A stretch of 64,000 nt of DNA, from positions 71,920,001 through 71,984,000 of the forward strand of contig OZ260664.1 of NCBI GenBank assembly GCA_965285935.1. Reading direction: 5' to 3'. The stretch is from Ophelia neglecta (Eukaryota). The position numbers and the translations under genes were made by a program. A model generated the notes under the pieces. The model ran no database searches. It was not told the origin of the DNA and saw only the letters and a program-made list of their open reading frames with translations. The first letter of the stretch is position 1. Every line of letters begins with the position of its first letter. Shown here one piece after another: positions 1 through 11,620 of this stretch.

Positions 1-324
1 GAGCAGATATCGAATGACGTTCTTTTCTCGCCTACCACTGATGGCCAAATGAAGCGCATTTTTTCCACTCCAACTTGCGGCATTCATGTCCGCACCGGCA
101 TCTAACAGGTGTTTGATTATAGTAACCATACCAGCATTGCAATCTTCGAAGTTGGCGGCCATTAATACGTGATGCAGAGCTGTAAATCCAAATGATTTAT
201 CTCTTGCATCGACGTTGCGGCGAATATGGACAATTTTCAATAGCCGTTGTACGAGCGGTTCGTCTAGCTTCTTGCAAGCTTCTATTAGATGTTCACTGCG
301 AAAATTGACATCCATTGTCAGCAT
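1..324 (-). CDS. Ankyrin-repeat protein, first coding exon (partial, runs off the left edge)
   Basis: Open frame from ATG 324 (or 315) to base 1: (MLT)MDVNFRSEHLIEACKKLDEPLVQRLL...NVDARDKSFGFTALHHVL...IIKHLLDAGADMNAASWSGKNALHLAISGRREKNVIRYLL. Contains ankyrin consensus GxTALH...LLxxGADxN and GKNALHLA. Candidate acceptor (cttttacag) at ~349-357. Absent from the ORF track because the window holds no stop. Confidence 0.9.
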   Translation of the reverse strand, partial: MLTMDVNFRSEHLIEACKKLDEPLVQRLLKIVHIRRNVDARDKSFGFTALHHVLMAANFEDCNAGMVTIIKHLLDAGADMNAASWSGKNALHLAISGRREKNVIRYLL

Positions 325-1154
325 ACAACTGATTAGACGTTCTGTAATCTGTAAAAGTTAAAGCCAATATATAAAATATCAATACGGTACTACATATCTT
401 GCGATAAATATTCCTTAAGGCGAATAATTTACTCTTGCATTAGTTTTTCTTTTCATTCTTTCACCTACGTAGTCATGTCCAAAGTCCCCGCAAACGCGTT
501 TCTTTAATCAAATATATACCTATCGAGGGAAAATGGTAAGTATGCGAAATTGTTTTTAGGTTTGTGCTCTTTTTTTGCGCTTTTAAACTGCCATATCCAA
601 CCATGGGGACGTCTCGCTGCAAGAGTCGCAATTTTGAGTCGGATCGCCCTTACTAGGACTATTTCTATAACCAAAGCGCTGTGACTAGCAGGCTCTTATT
701 TTGGCTCGGATTACAATGTCACATCCTTTTTTCCGACCTTCATTATTTTCTCTGTAAGGGGCCCGGTAGAAGACTTTTGGTCCTGAGATACATCATCCGT
801 GGGAAGCTAGAACCATGAGCAAAGAGTCCCGGCCCAATTACTCCTAGGATTAAGTCCATCGACAATCTTAGCCAAAGGTGTGCTAGGCAATTTATATTAA
901 ATACCAAAGGGTGTGTAAGTCTGATGTAACACATGATGAAACATATTTTTGATACATGCCATCTCGGTACAAGCAAATGCTTTGAAAATCACATTTTCAT
1001 CAATTTTGAAAAAGGATAGGGTGGGCTTTGTATTTTATTGATATAATCAAACCCCTTTACCTGTTCTAGACCACCTGTATTAGAGTGGAATGTATCTAGT
1101 GGCTATTAACAATGAAGTGAATGATTTATTGGAGGTTATAGGTAAAATCCCCCC

Positions 1155-1164
1155 GGGAAATCCC
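1155..1164. promoter_or_regulatory. NF-kB/Rel consensus site
   Basis: GGGAAATCCC matches GGGRNWYYCC; upstream of the minus-strand ankyrin gene. Motif match only. Confidence 0.4.
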
Positions 1165-1962
1165 TAAGCCTGGGTCCTTCTTGTACACAGACTGTACTTG
1201 TTTAAATATATTACAACAGGTTACATATTTTTAATGACATCACTAACACGCCCTATAGGCCTAACGTTAAATGAAAATAGAAATACTTGTATAGAACGTC
1301 TAGATATGTGGTCCTATATATAGGGACAACAAATGACTAGTGCATAATAAAGTGTAATCTTTATGCTACTGCTAAAATAGACCAAGAACAATATTGATGG
1401 AATAAAGAAAATTCCATTTTAATGATTTAGTTTCCGACATTGGTTGTGCCAGCCGGGTAGCTTGGAAATCTAAAATCCGTGGATTAGGCTATAGATCTCG
1501 TTAATTCTTATTAATTATAAGGTCATCTGAGGTCTCCGAGATTGACCATGTTAACTAGTTAAGATTTACAGCTATGGAGCATTTCTAATGTCATATTGGT
1601 TGTTTTCCCAAAATCAATGCAGACAATAATCCCCTGATCCTACTAACGTTAGTTATTTATATTTGTACATAGACATGATATATAATCATGGCCTAATTTC
1701 CACACAGTAGGAGTCTATAAACATTTACTTAAGTACATACATGTGATAGTGCACTGTGATTCCAGTCCTTACATCCACATTTTTCGTAGCCAGTCCTCTC
1801 ATAAATACTGGGTAATTAGCCCTAAGCGTAACAATCAGTAATGTTACTTAATAAAGTTAGTCCCGAGAGCACAGTGTCAAGTAGAGTAGGTCTTAGAGGT
1901 TAAAGTGAGGTCATGTGCAGTGTAGGCCTATCTTCGTCGGGGCGAAATCTAGACAGCGACCT

Positions 1963-1987
1963 GGAAATCCCCAGTTTCGATTTCCCC
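1963..1987 (-). promoter_or_regulatory. Composite ISRE (IRF) + NF-kB element
   Basis: Minus strand reads GGGGAAATCGAAACTGGGGATTTCC: GAAAnnGAAACT (ISRE consensus) abutting GGGGATTTCC (kB consensus). Confidence 0.5.
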
Positions 1988-2484
1988 AAAACGATCAAGT
2001 AAGCCTTAGGAAATCATGGCCGGGGGGGGGGGGAGGGTTAAGGGGGGTGTCAGGGATTGTGGCCACTCAATCATTATATATATTGTTTTAATATTCTTTT
2101 TCTCGAAGACTAAACAAGATAACATAAGTAGCTTTTATCGTTTTTTTCTGCTGATTTAACTTGTTCATTATGCCATTTTGAGTATAAGGATATGTTATTT
2201 GTACAGAATTTTAGCTAATTTAGCGTTCTAAACCGATATATGACATAAAATAAATGAAATAAGTGTTTGTCTAAACCACCCTACTCGAATTCCATAGACT
2301 ATGCCACTTTGAAATCAAGGGAAACGTTGGCTACAGCGATGAGAGCAGTTTGTACCTCATCGTCATTAAAAAAAAAGGCACCTTAATAATGACAAACCGC
2401 ATCCCCCTCCCCCTCCCCCCCTAATGGAATAATCACAGATGGAATCATTGATTTCATTATTGTCTTACGAGGTACCTATTCGTA

Positions 2485-2696
2485 CAGGGGCGGATCCAGG
2501 GGGGGGAGGGGGCCTGCTCCCCCCCCCCCCCCACCCACCAATTTTTTTTTTACTCCGAACAAGTCTATCTAGGCGCCCAAAAAAAGGCAACTAGATGCAT
2601 GTATGCTTCTGTGCCCCCCTCCCCCCCCCCCCTCGCTATTTAATTCCTCCATCTGGAGTAGGCCCCACTCCCTGGAAATTCCTGGATACGCCCCTG
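2485..2696. mobile_element. MITE, hAT-like termini with 5-bp TSD
   Basis: TIR CAGGGGCGGATCCAGG ... CCTGGATACGCCCCTG (16 bp, 1 mismatch); direct repeat TCGTA at 2480-2484 and 2697-2701; internal poly-G/poly-C tracts. Confidence 0.85.
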
Positions 2697-4047
2697 TCGT
2701 AAACACGGTATAAAAGAGTTCACTACCATTATGCTTACATCGGAGAGAAACGGTTAAAATCATTCATTGTACATTATCGCGTTGTAAGCAAATCAGGCTT
2801 TGTTAAGAAAGATGCTTTCATTTTGCTGTTATCTAATAAGAAACTATCTTAACCCAATTAACCAATAAACTTTTTTTTTGTTTTTTTTTTGCTGCTGCCA
2901 TGTCATGCATATACATTTACGTTCATAGATGTATGTTTATTTTTAAGTAAAACATCAAGGTTTTGAATCGGTGATTAACATGGCCAAAAGCAAGCCCATG
3001 GTTATATGTTTCTTTCCAGCGCTACCTGAACAGTGCAATGTAGAATTACGAATAGATTTGTTACTTTTCACTTGAAGGATGCATTAAAGGAGAAATATCG
3101 CAAAATAGTATGTGTGGGGGGGTTGGGGTTGGGGTCTTAAATTGTCCAATTTCATATGTGTGGCGGCATGAATTAAATAGTCCCCTATTTTCACATTATG
3201 TACCGTTCCTGTACTCGTCCGAGGTGTGAGGGGAAGGATGTGCTTCCTACAAGCACGTTTATCTATATCTGTCAAACATAATGATACTATTTTTTATTTA
3301 GTACCAGTTTATCATTATCATTGATATTGATCTCGACTTAATTTCTTAAAATGACCTTGAAAGTTACTTATTTTACCATTCCTGCTTAGACTATCACGTT
3401 GAATTATGAAGGTCATTTTATTTTATTAGCCACGTGTCCTACCCAACTATTTGCTTTCCATTTTTATAATTGATTTGATTGAAACTTTTTCTTCAGTCTT
3501 TCTCAATGTTTAATGAGTATATTACAATATACTCATTTCATTAAACATTGAGCTAATTGACCATTTTGTAGTCGAAGCAGTCAGACACCAATTATTAAGA
3601 GGAAGGGATCTTTCTGGAATTAAACATTGGACGAAAATGCAATTTCAGCGTTCTACCTAGGATGAAGATGAAATACGTCCTAGATGGCTCTTTTATAGTT
3701 ATCTCATTATTCTTAGACGAAATTTAATCCAGTTAGCAGCATTCTAATGATTAAGATATGTAAACGCATTTCCCATTCCGATCTGAAGAGGAAAAACTTC
3801 TTATCTCATCGGCGATAAAATAAAAACACGTTAAGATTTCTACGTTCGACTAGTCAAATGTATGATTTTATAATGTATTCTTATACACGAAACAAAACCA
3901 GTTCACTATCATTATATTAGCATTGTACATTATTTTGTTGAGCAAATTCAGATTTCATTAAATCTTTTTTTGCTATTCTTATTCAAATCAACAGTTTAAA
4001 CGTTAAATCAGCTGGGACATATACATTTGGGATACAAGTTGGTTTGT

Positions 4048-7000
4048 TCACAATCTCGTTTTTTCTGCAGTTTTATCGTGTTCTTCGAATGCTTTGTTTT
4101 CCACACCCACACCACTCTCGGGTGCAATATAAGAACTGTAGTTCGTCTTGCTTTCAATTTCCCCTGGATCCACCACTTCTACAGTGGGTTTATCTTTGTG
4201 ATAGTCCCTTAAAATATTAATACAGAAAACTATTTTAACGGAGGAAGAACATAAGAATCCAAATATATGAAACAAATATAAACATAAAACTGTGGACGAG
4301 AAATCACCATTTAAAGTGAGGTATGTTCTGTAAATGAATAGAGCACTGAAATAAATGGGTGACTGCCTACTTCAAACCAAAAGCTTCCCCTTCCTCTACA
4401 GTCTCAGGAAGTTTTTTGTCTTTCGTCTCAGGGAACTGTAAGGCCAAAAGTCCGGCGGCAACGGATGTCACTCCAAATATGGTCATAGGTATCCATGCCC
4501 CAAACTTGTCCTTAAAGGTACAAGATTTGCTTTGTTTTTCAAAATATATGCTATGATAATGTATATGTTTAACAGAAGGTCTTTAAACATTAAACATGAT
4601 AATAACTTTTGAATTAAATAACCATTCATACTTATATATATTGATAATGCTTACAAGAAGTCCAACATACGGGGCCACAATCCCTCCTATCCTTGCCGCA
4701 AATGACCCCGTTGCTACCCCGATTTGGCGGGTAACGGTGGGGTACATCTCCGCTGTCAACACGTAGATGATTGCAAACGAGGCCGATATACAGAATTTAC
4801 CTATCATTGCCAACGTCACAGCAATCGCATTAAGATCTGTTAAAGAAGTCAGGATACTGTATCATTTAAAACAAGTGTCTTCAAAAGACATTATCGCTCG
4901 GTAATTGATGCTTAGTCGGTACCTACGAGGTCAAATATGAAAACACAATTGAATGCACAACATATGATATTTTATGCGATCTCGGTTGTAAGGTTTAAGT
5001 GTCATATTACAGCAGTAAGACCGTATAAAAATTCAGCCATCTATTCAAAATTCGCAGCTTCTTCCAAAAGAAAAGAGCTTCACAGGAAACGTGGCGCAAA
5101 AATACAAGAAAAGTGTGTCCCTATAGAGCGTATAATTGCAGGATTGGGGTGCTATTAAAAGACGGTGAAGTGGAGTGTACATTTCTGTAGCGTAGTATTA
5201 GATTTAGGGATGTTGACTATAAACAGTGAAACCTAAGAATTCAGACCACCAAAGGGACTGGAAAATACTGGTCTGATTTCGGAGGTGGTCTATTTAGACA
5301 GGTATATTAACATTGAAAGTATACAGCACAGGCCTCGTATTAGTGGTCTGAATTGACAGGTGGTCTGAATATAGATGTGGTCTTTAAGACAGGTTTCACT
5401 GTAAATATATATCTTAACAAAGGAGGAAGAAGAAGTTCTTTCTTTCTAGTTCTTTCACCTCTGAGTAGCCTGCCGCAAGGGATTCAAATTACAGACTGGT
5501 TGGAAATTAGCTTCGCCGAATGACTGAGCACCAATCTGTGTGTCGCTGCGCATTAATAACGTACAGTGAAACCTGGTCTAAAGGGCACCTGGAATTAAGG
5601 GGCACCTGATAATTAGGGACAGCTACATTAAGACCCCACATATCGTTTTATATGTAAAATAACCTTGAAATTAGGGGCACCTTAGAAAACAGGGCACTTT
5701 AACACAGTCCCTTGCCTGTCCCTAATTTCCAGGTTTCACTGTAGTTGCACTAAGCTGATATTACTTCGGTAGCAACAATTAAATGTTATTATAATTTGGT
5801 ATCCTATATAACTACATCTTTGTCGTGGGGGCAAGAACAATATATTTATGTCGTGTCTATATGTATTTCTCTAAGGATATTAACGGTTGCTAATATTATC
5901 TAGTTATACACAATATACAAGCGATTTGAAAACAGCAATATATATTTTTTTTAGTAATATCCAACTTACGCTGGGGTATAGGGATAACAAGAAGCAGGGC
6001 AACGCCACCAATTATCATTGTACCAGCTAAAGGCCATCTTCTTCCAAGGTAGGTTAATGAAACCTGAACGAGTAGAAGTAAGCACTAACTTAGCTCTTAT
6101 AAAGCATTTCTATCTTGCATCCTCATTAATATGAAAGTTGATAGAAGTCCGAACGGTGCAAACTATATAACAACATATTCATGTCATTTTCTTGAAATTT
6201 GAAATTGGCCTGTACTTGACAGAACATATAAGCTGGAATTTCCACTCCTCCTGATATGAAAAAGTTGATAAAATCATTTCCACCCAGGTTGGAAGTGTTG
6301 AGGGATAGACCGTAATAGACGAAACTATTCACAAACCTGAAATATTGACAAATTGTGTTAGTGTATCCCTTAGTGTATATTGAAATCGATCATCGGGTGT
6401 TTTCTCAATTTCATCCGGTGTTGTAATTAACAAAATATTCCCTTACCAATTAAACATTGAATTAAATGTTCTACATCGCATTCTTGGTGTCCTAACTAAA
6501 TCCCACATATATCCTCTTTTGGAACTCTGAATATAAATATCATACTGTTTTACTCTTTCTAATGAATGATGAAATCTTCATTTTATATACCAAGAATCGA
6601 CTTTTAAGCAAAATCATATTATTTTCTACGGCTGGACCAATATAAAGGAAAATAACGATTACCTTCACCGTGATGTCAAGAGGTTCTGGAAGGCTTTTTT
6701 TGTTCCACTTTGCAATTTTTGTTACAATTACATCACCCTTCTCCTGCTTTCCCCTTGAGTACAACCACCTTGGTGACTCGGGGACTATGCTGAAATTGAA
6801 AGGTGAAGTAAACCAAACTATTTTAACCAAGTCATCTACCGCATTACCTAATCGGTCATTGAGTAAGATAAAATAATTGTTACAAGATAAGAATAAGGAG
6901 CACGGCACAGCTTGAAGATGTGGCAATCTGCAATATCTTCCAGTCACGTATGTAATATGCATACAGTGCATAAAACATATAACCCAGAGCCCAAAAATAT

Positions 7001-9559
7001 TCATATGCGATGCCAGCATGTACACGCCATGACTTCCCAACAATCTCCATTGCTAAAGACAATATAACAAAAATAACGATTTATAAATAAGAGGGCGTCA
7101 AAAAATTTTAATGAAAGATTATATGCGAATTAGTGGACATTATTATAAATACCTACCAATGACAAAGACGGTGGTAAACAGTCCAATATTAGCAAATCCC
7201 ACCAGAAATCTCAGTACACAAAACACAATGACATTGGGAGAAAAAGACACGCCGATTGAAAGAGCGATGACCAAAACAAGACACACAGCAAACATAGGTT
7301 TTCTGCCAAATCTGGAATGTCATGCTCAATTTTATTTTACTAATCCACTTAATTACAACAGTTTCTTATTTGATTATTCATAATGAATCTTAATGATTTA
7401 GTTTTCATTTATTTTTTACTTAGAACGTATTTTATCGCCGAGCCATGAAAACTTTTTCCTAAGAAGTTCCATCTTTTAATATGTGCAGTTATTTGTCTCA
7501 GCTTCCCTACATGTCAGATAAGTTTCCAGTGACAAGTACTCCAGCCATTAAACCGGCCATGTACACAGAGGATGTCGTAGCTCTCAAAGCATCATCGTCA
7601 CACACTAAATTCCACTAAAATACGTACAACAAAATTTATCGCAATATGAACATTATGTATGTAACATTTTTTCCCTGCAGTACATATACTTCGTAGTGCA
7701 CTAAAACGATTGCAACTGAAGTATGACTTATATATCATATGTGCAACTCTTATTTCATACGCTCTATATTAACTATAGGTTATCATTCTAGTCCCTCACC
7801 TGAGATGTTACCGTGCTTGTGTATACTTCTTCACTATATATCCAACCGTTTTGACATTTTATCGCTGATAGATTCGTCTTCCCTCCTTGAAGCTCTTTGA
7901 CGACATCGTCAAAGGCCCATCCGGTATAGTTTTGATCATACATCGTGCAGGATGAGTAACCGTTTGAGTCTTGTGGAATAGTCAGGTTTTTTATCATGCT
8001 ATCTGTGATGCTTGAGTTTTCCTGTAAAGTACATTGTAAATGAGATTTTTTGACTTTGGATTGTAACCACGGCTTATTTCCCTGGTTAATCAAGTGATTA
8101 ACTTTCCCGTCATCTCTGACTATAAGCAATAACCAATGAAACTAAGCAGTTGAATGTCATACACGAACCGATCGTCAATATTCAAACATGGAAATGTAAT
8201 TAAACACGCGTTTCTATTCATATCAAAACTATATATCATTGGGAAATACTTAACGTTAGTAGAAATCAATTTACAAAATGTTGGTGTGAAATAGATTTTA
8301 AGTAACTGGCATAGCATATTAGAATTTAATAGATGTGACTGCTACATCAACAGTATCAGTTGGTAATTGAAGTAGTAGCTGGGGTGATCAGGTAGATGTC
8401 ATTGCTTGTGCTTTCCGTTTACTGCTTCGTTACTGATTACGAATTTAATGCCGCATTAACTTGTCTAGCTCTTTTTTAGTTTGCTCTAACGACAAACTCG
8501 CATACAAAAGATTGTTTCTATTCTGTTTGGTATCATAAAAAGGGATATAGTGAAACTTTGGTATTCTGACAATCATTGGGCTGACCTTTTGAAACCCTTC
8601 GTTGGCATGTATATTCATATATTTTCCAAAATTTATTGTATTGCTTAAACATCGTCTGATAAATAGTTACTGGATTGATAATAGGCAAAACCATTTTGCT
8701 ACAATGTATCTGCAAGTGAATTGTAAAGGCAACATTTCATATTAGTAGAGACTGAGAACAATTCAACTAATTAATGCCTTGAAACATTAGCCTAGGACTG
8801 AGAAAAGAATAACAAACTACCAATATTTACACTTTAACACACCACAGCAATGAAATTGAATGGGGAAATGACAGTTCAATGGGTGGACGTGTTGAAAAAC
8901 AATAAAACATATCCTCAATAAATGGAGTGAGCTATGCCACGGTTGAATTTAACAGAGTCAATTTTGCTTTGATATACAATAGCCGTTATTTTGGCCGTTC
9001 ACTGCCGTCTTTAGGGCAGAATTAAATTATGTAAATATACGTTTAACTGGTTTTTTCAAAGCACTGGTTACCATATAAACTGACCACTAAAAGTCGTATT
9101 TCGGTTTACTCACCTTCCGTGCGTGGATATTTTTCAAATAATTGATTTTTTAAACGTGATGTAATTTAATAATGTAAGTTGGCTGCAGTAATGAGCTGCC
9201 CAATGATATATTGCTCACCTATCTAAACCAGTGTGATCGCCATGGAAACATGGTTAGATTTGTAGTATTTAGACTCAAGTTGTTATTATTTTTACTGCTT
9301 AACTCTATAAGGTAAATAAAATAAAGATTTATTTGTTGGCCAAATCATCAAATAAGTGTCTGACAGCTTAACAAAATACCTTCATGTGCTCGAGTTCAGG
9401 CACAGCACACCAGTGCTCGGGAACTCCAGCGATGAAAACAATGCCCATAGTGTTGAAGGCGGCAGGAAATCCTATGAGCGATACCAGACAGAAAATATAC
9501 ACTTGGTATCTCCCAAACTCCCCGATGTAATCGGTTAAGAGATCATCGAAGTACATCAT
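4048..9559 (-). CDS. Orct: SLC22-family organic cation/anion transporter (Orct-like, MFS), 12 coding exons, ~577 aa
   Basis: Exons: 9559-9380, 8021-7800, 7614-7511, 7311-7157, 7052-6884, 6789-6663, 6526-6447, 6336-6216, 6063-5970, 4836-4655, 4510-4371, 4207-4048. All GT-AG, phases match, sum 1734 nt. Motifs: FDDLL..IGEFGRYQ, CxNGWxY, WNLVCD, SDxFGRK, PESPRWL, YYGLSLN, VEIPAY, GRR, AEMYPTVxR, PETK..LPET. Symbol is family-level (Orct-like); orthology not established. Confidence 0.95.
5224..5401. mobile_element. Tc1/mariner-pogo type MITE, 178 bp (AGACCAC-motif variant)
   Basis: TIR CAGTGAAACCT...AGGTTTCACTG; TA on the right (5402-5403), AA on the left; repeated internal GTGGTCT motifs. In intron 9 of the SLC22 gene. 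Confidence 0.85.
5430..5555 (-). mobile_element. Possible degenerate tRNA-derived SINE fragment between the two MITEs
   Basis: Minus strand has A-box-like TGGTGCTCAGTCATTCGG, B-box-like TTTGAATCCC and an A/G-rich 3' end. Weak. Confidence 0.3.
5564..5741. mobile_element. Tc1/mariner-pogo type MITE, 178 bp (GGGCAC-motif variant)
   Basis: TIR CAGTGAAACCTGG...CCAGGTTTCACTG with TA TSD on both sides (5562-5563, 5742-5743); repeated internal (A/G)GGGCAC motifs. Confidence 0.9.
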
Positions 9560-11500
9560 TAGAGATTTTGCTGTCCCTGATCTGTGAAATCAGCTGAAAC
9601 ATGTGTAATTAGTCATTGACACGTTCGTTATTAGCAGATGTTTATATGCATGACAGAGGATACAATTAAAATATCCAACTTGTTAAGAATATATGGGTGA
9701 CGTGCTAAAATGCAGTGGGAGTTATACATACGAGTAAAGTAAAAAGGACCTTTAGCTGGAAGCACCGTCTGCTCTGCATTGAACGAGAATTCAATCATAC
9801 CATTTAGTTTATGAGATTTGCATATCTCAATATAGTACATAGTCTTTATAATGTTTATTCAAAGGTCGATTATGTCAACATAAAATTCGTTGTAAGGTGC
9901 ACACTAAATATATAAGTTGAATGCTTTATAGTACCAGAAGTCAGGCATTGACTTAATATCTTGAACGATCACTAACATAGAAACCTGTCACGTTCAAATT
10001 TGCACAAATGCAGAGAGAGCTGTTTACCAACTCACATAAAGTTTCACTACGGTATGAGGTTATGTTATACATATTTACCAGTTCGTCCTAACAGCAAGGG
10101 AGCAAACGAAAACCTTTTAACAGGTTACCAATAGTTTATTGCATATTGTATTTCTCTTTAAAGATTCGCAAGTGTCCACGCCATTATGAAGTATATCATA
10201 TATACAAATATGTTTAGCCAAGGGGTTATAAAATTTGCCATATCAATTTGCATCCAGAAGTGCTTCACCTATAGCGGTTCTATGACTTTTTATTGTGATT
10301 ATGATTGATATAAGAACTAATCCAAATAAAACGCGATGGACGTCCGTTTCAGTATTTGAAAACAAACTTGACCTGTTTTTATAATTAAGTTTAAAGGTGT
10401 CGTCTGCAATATAAGCACTATTGCTTTAGAAAGGCGATGCAATATAAAGATGTAAGATGTGGTAAGAGTTATTCTGGTCAACGCAACTGTAATAATTTGT
10501 AAACATACTATATAGTATGGTAAAATGTTAGCACAGGTTAAAAGACCATTTGATTGCAAATGGCACCATGCATGACACATGATTTGATGCTATGTATTGA
10601 ACTTAATGCCGGAAGGTGTGCAGACTCTACGCTTGTATAAATATGTACAGTTGTACATGCGAATATAGTATTTGCGATTTTAACTTTCGCCCTAAGCCTT
10701 TTTTTTTATGAAAGTCGCGAATGTTTATGTGCGTGATTATATTTACCGATACACCATGATGAAAATAGAACACCAGGGTTATAGACTAAATACTTGTTGA
10801 AGATTAAAGCACGCAATGGAACTTAATTGTTGAAAAGGATAACTGCAATAACTGGTTCCATAAATGGTTCCATCTGCTCGCAATAGGAAGGCATGGCAAC
10901 AATCATATCCCATGATGCAGGTTTAGAGAATGTACATTGGGAAATATGTCTGACGGGAACTTAGGAGAAACCATTATAGTATCAATGCCATGGCGGCAAT
11001 ATTGTTTTGTCGGAGCGAAAGCTAAGGCCATATGCGCAAAATAAAAAATACTATTCATTTCGCCTGCTTTTGAGAAGCTGATCTGGATAAAACGAATGTA
11101 TTCCCGCACTAAGCAATGACATCAATTGACCTTCATTTCTCAGAGCTGCATGTACACTGAATTGTTCCGTAGGTTGCGTTTAGGTAGACTGCAGCAGGAG
11201 CATTTTACTTTTAGGATTCGCGTGAATTGTGATGCACCTGGATAGTGGCGAGATAGGTTTCATATATAGAGTGACGTGTGAATCATGAAGTAATGCAAGG
11301 TCATTTAAATCATTTTATACAAATGGTGAAAATATGGACAGAAATATAAACAGTTTATGAGAAAAGCTAGAATTTTGTAGTTTAATGGCGTTACGAGGTG
11401 CCACTTGCCATTCAAAAAAATTCCAGGTAAAAACAAGTAAATATCTATACTATACCATGTACAATTTTATGCGGCAATGTATTCTTCACCTAAGGTTGTC

Positions 11501-11620
11501 AAACCAAAGTGCGCCAGGCAGTTTATTTGGTGGACGAGGTGATGCGAATTTATGCAACGGTATATTACTGAATTGACATAAACCAAAGTGCGTTAGACAG
11601 TATTTTTCCGGACGAGCTGG
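11501..11620. repeat. Diverged direct duplication, ~79-bp period
   Basis: AAACCAAAGTGCG..AG.CAGT.T.TT...GGACGAG.TG starts at 11501 and 11580. Confidence 0.7.

Noticed and set aside
6394-6409. 16-bp match CGGGTGTTTTCTCAAT also at ~45728
   Set aside because: Does not extend and has no partner inverted repeat; insufficient to call an element.
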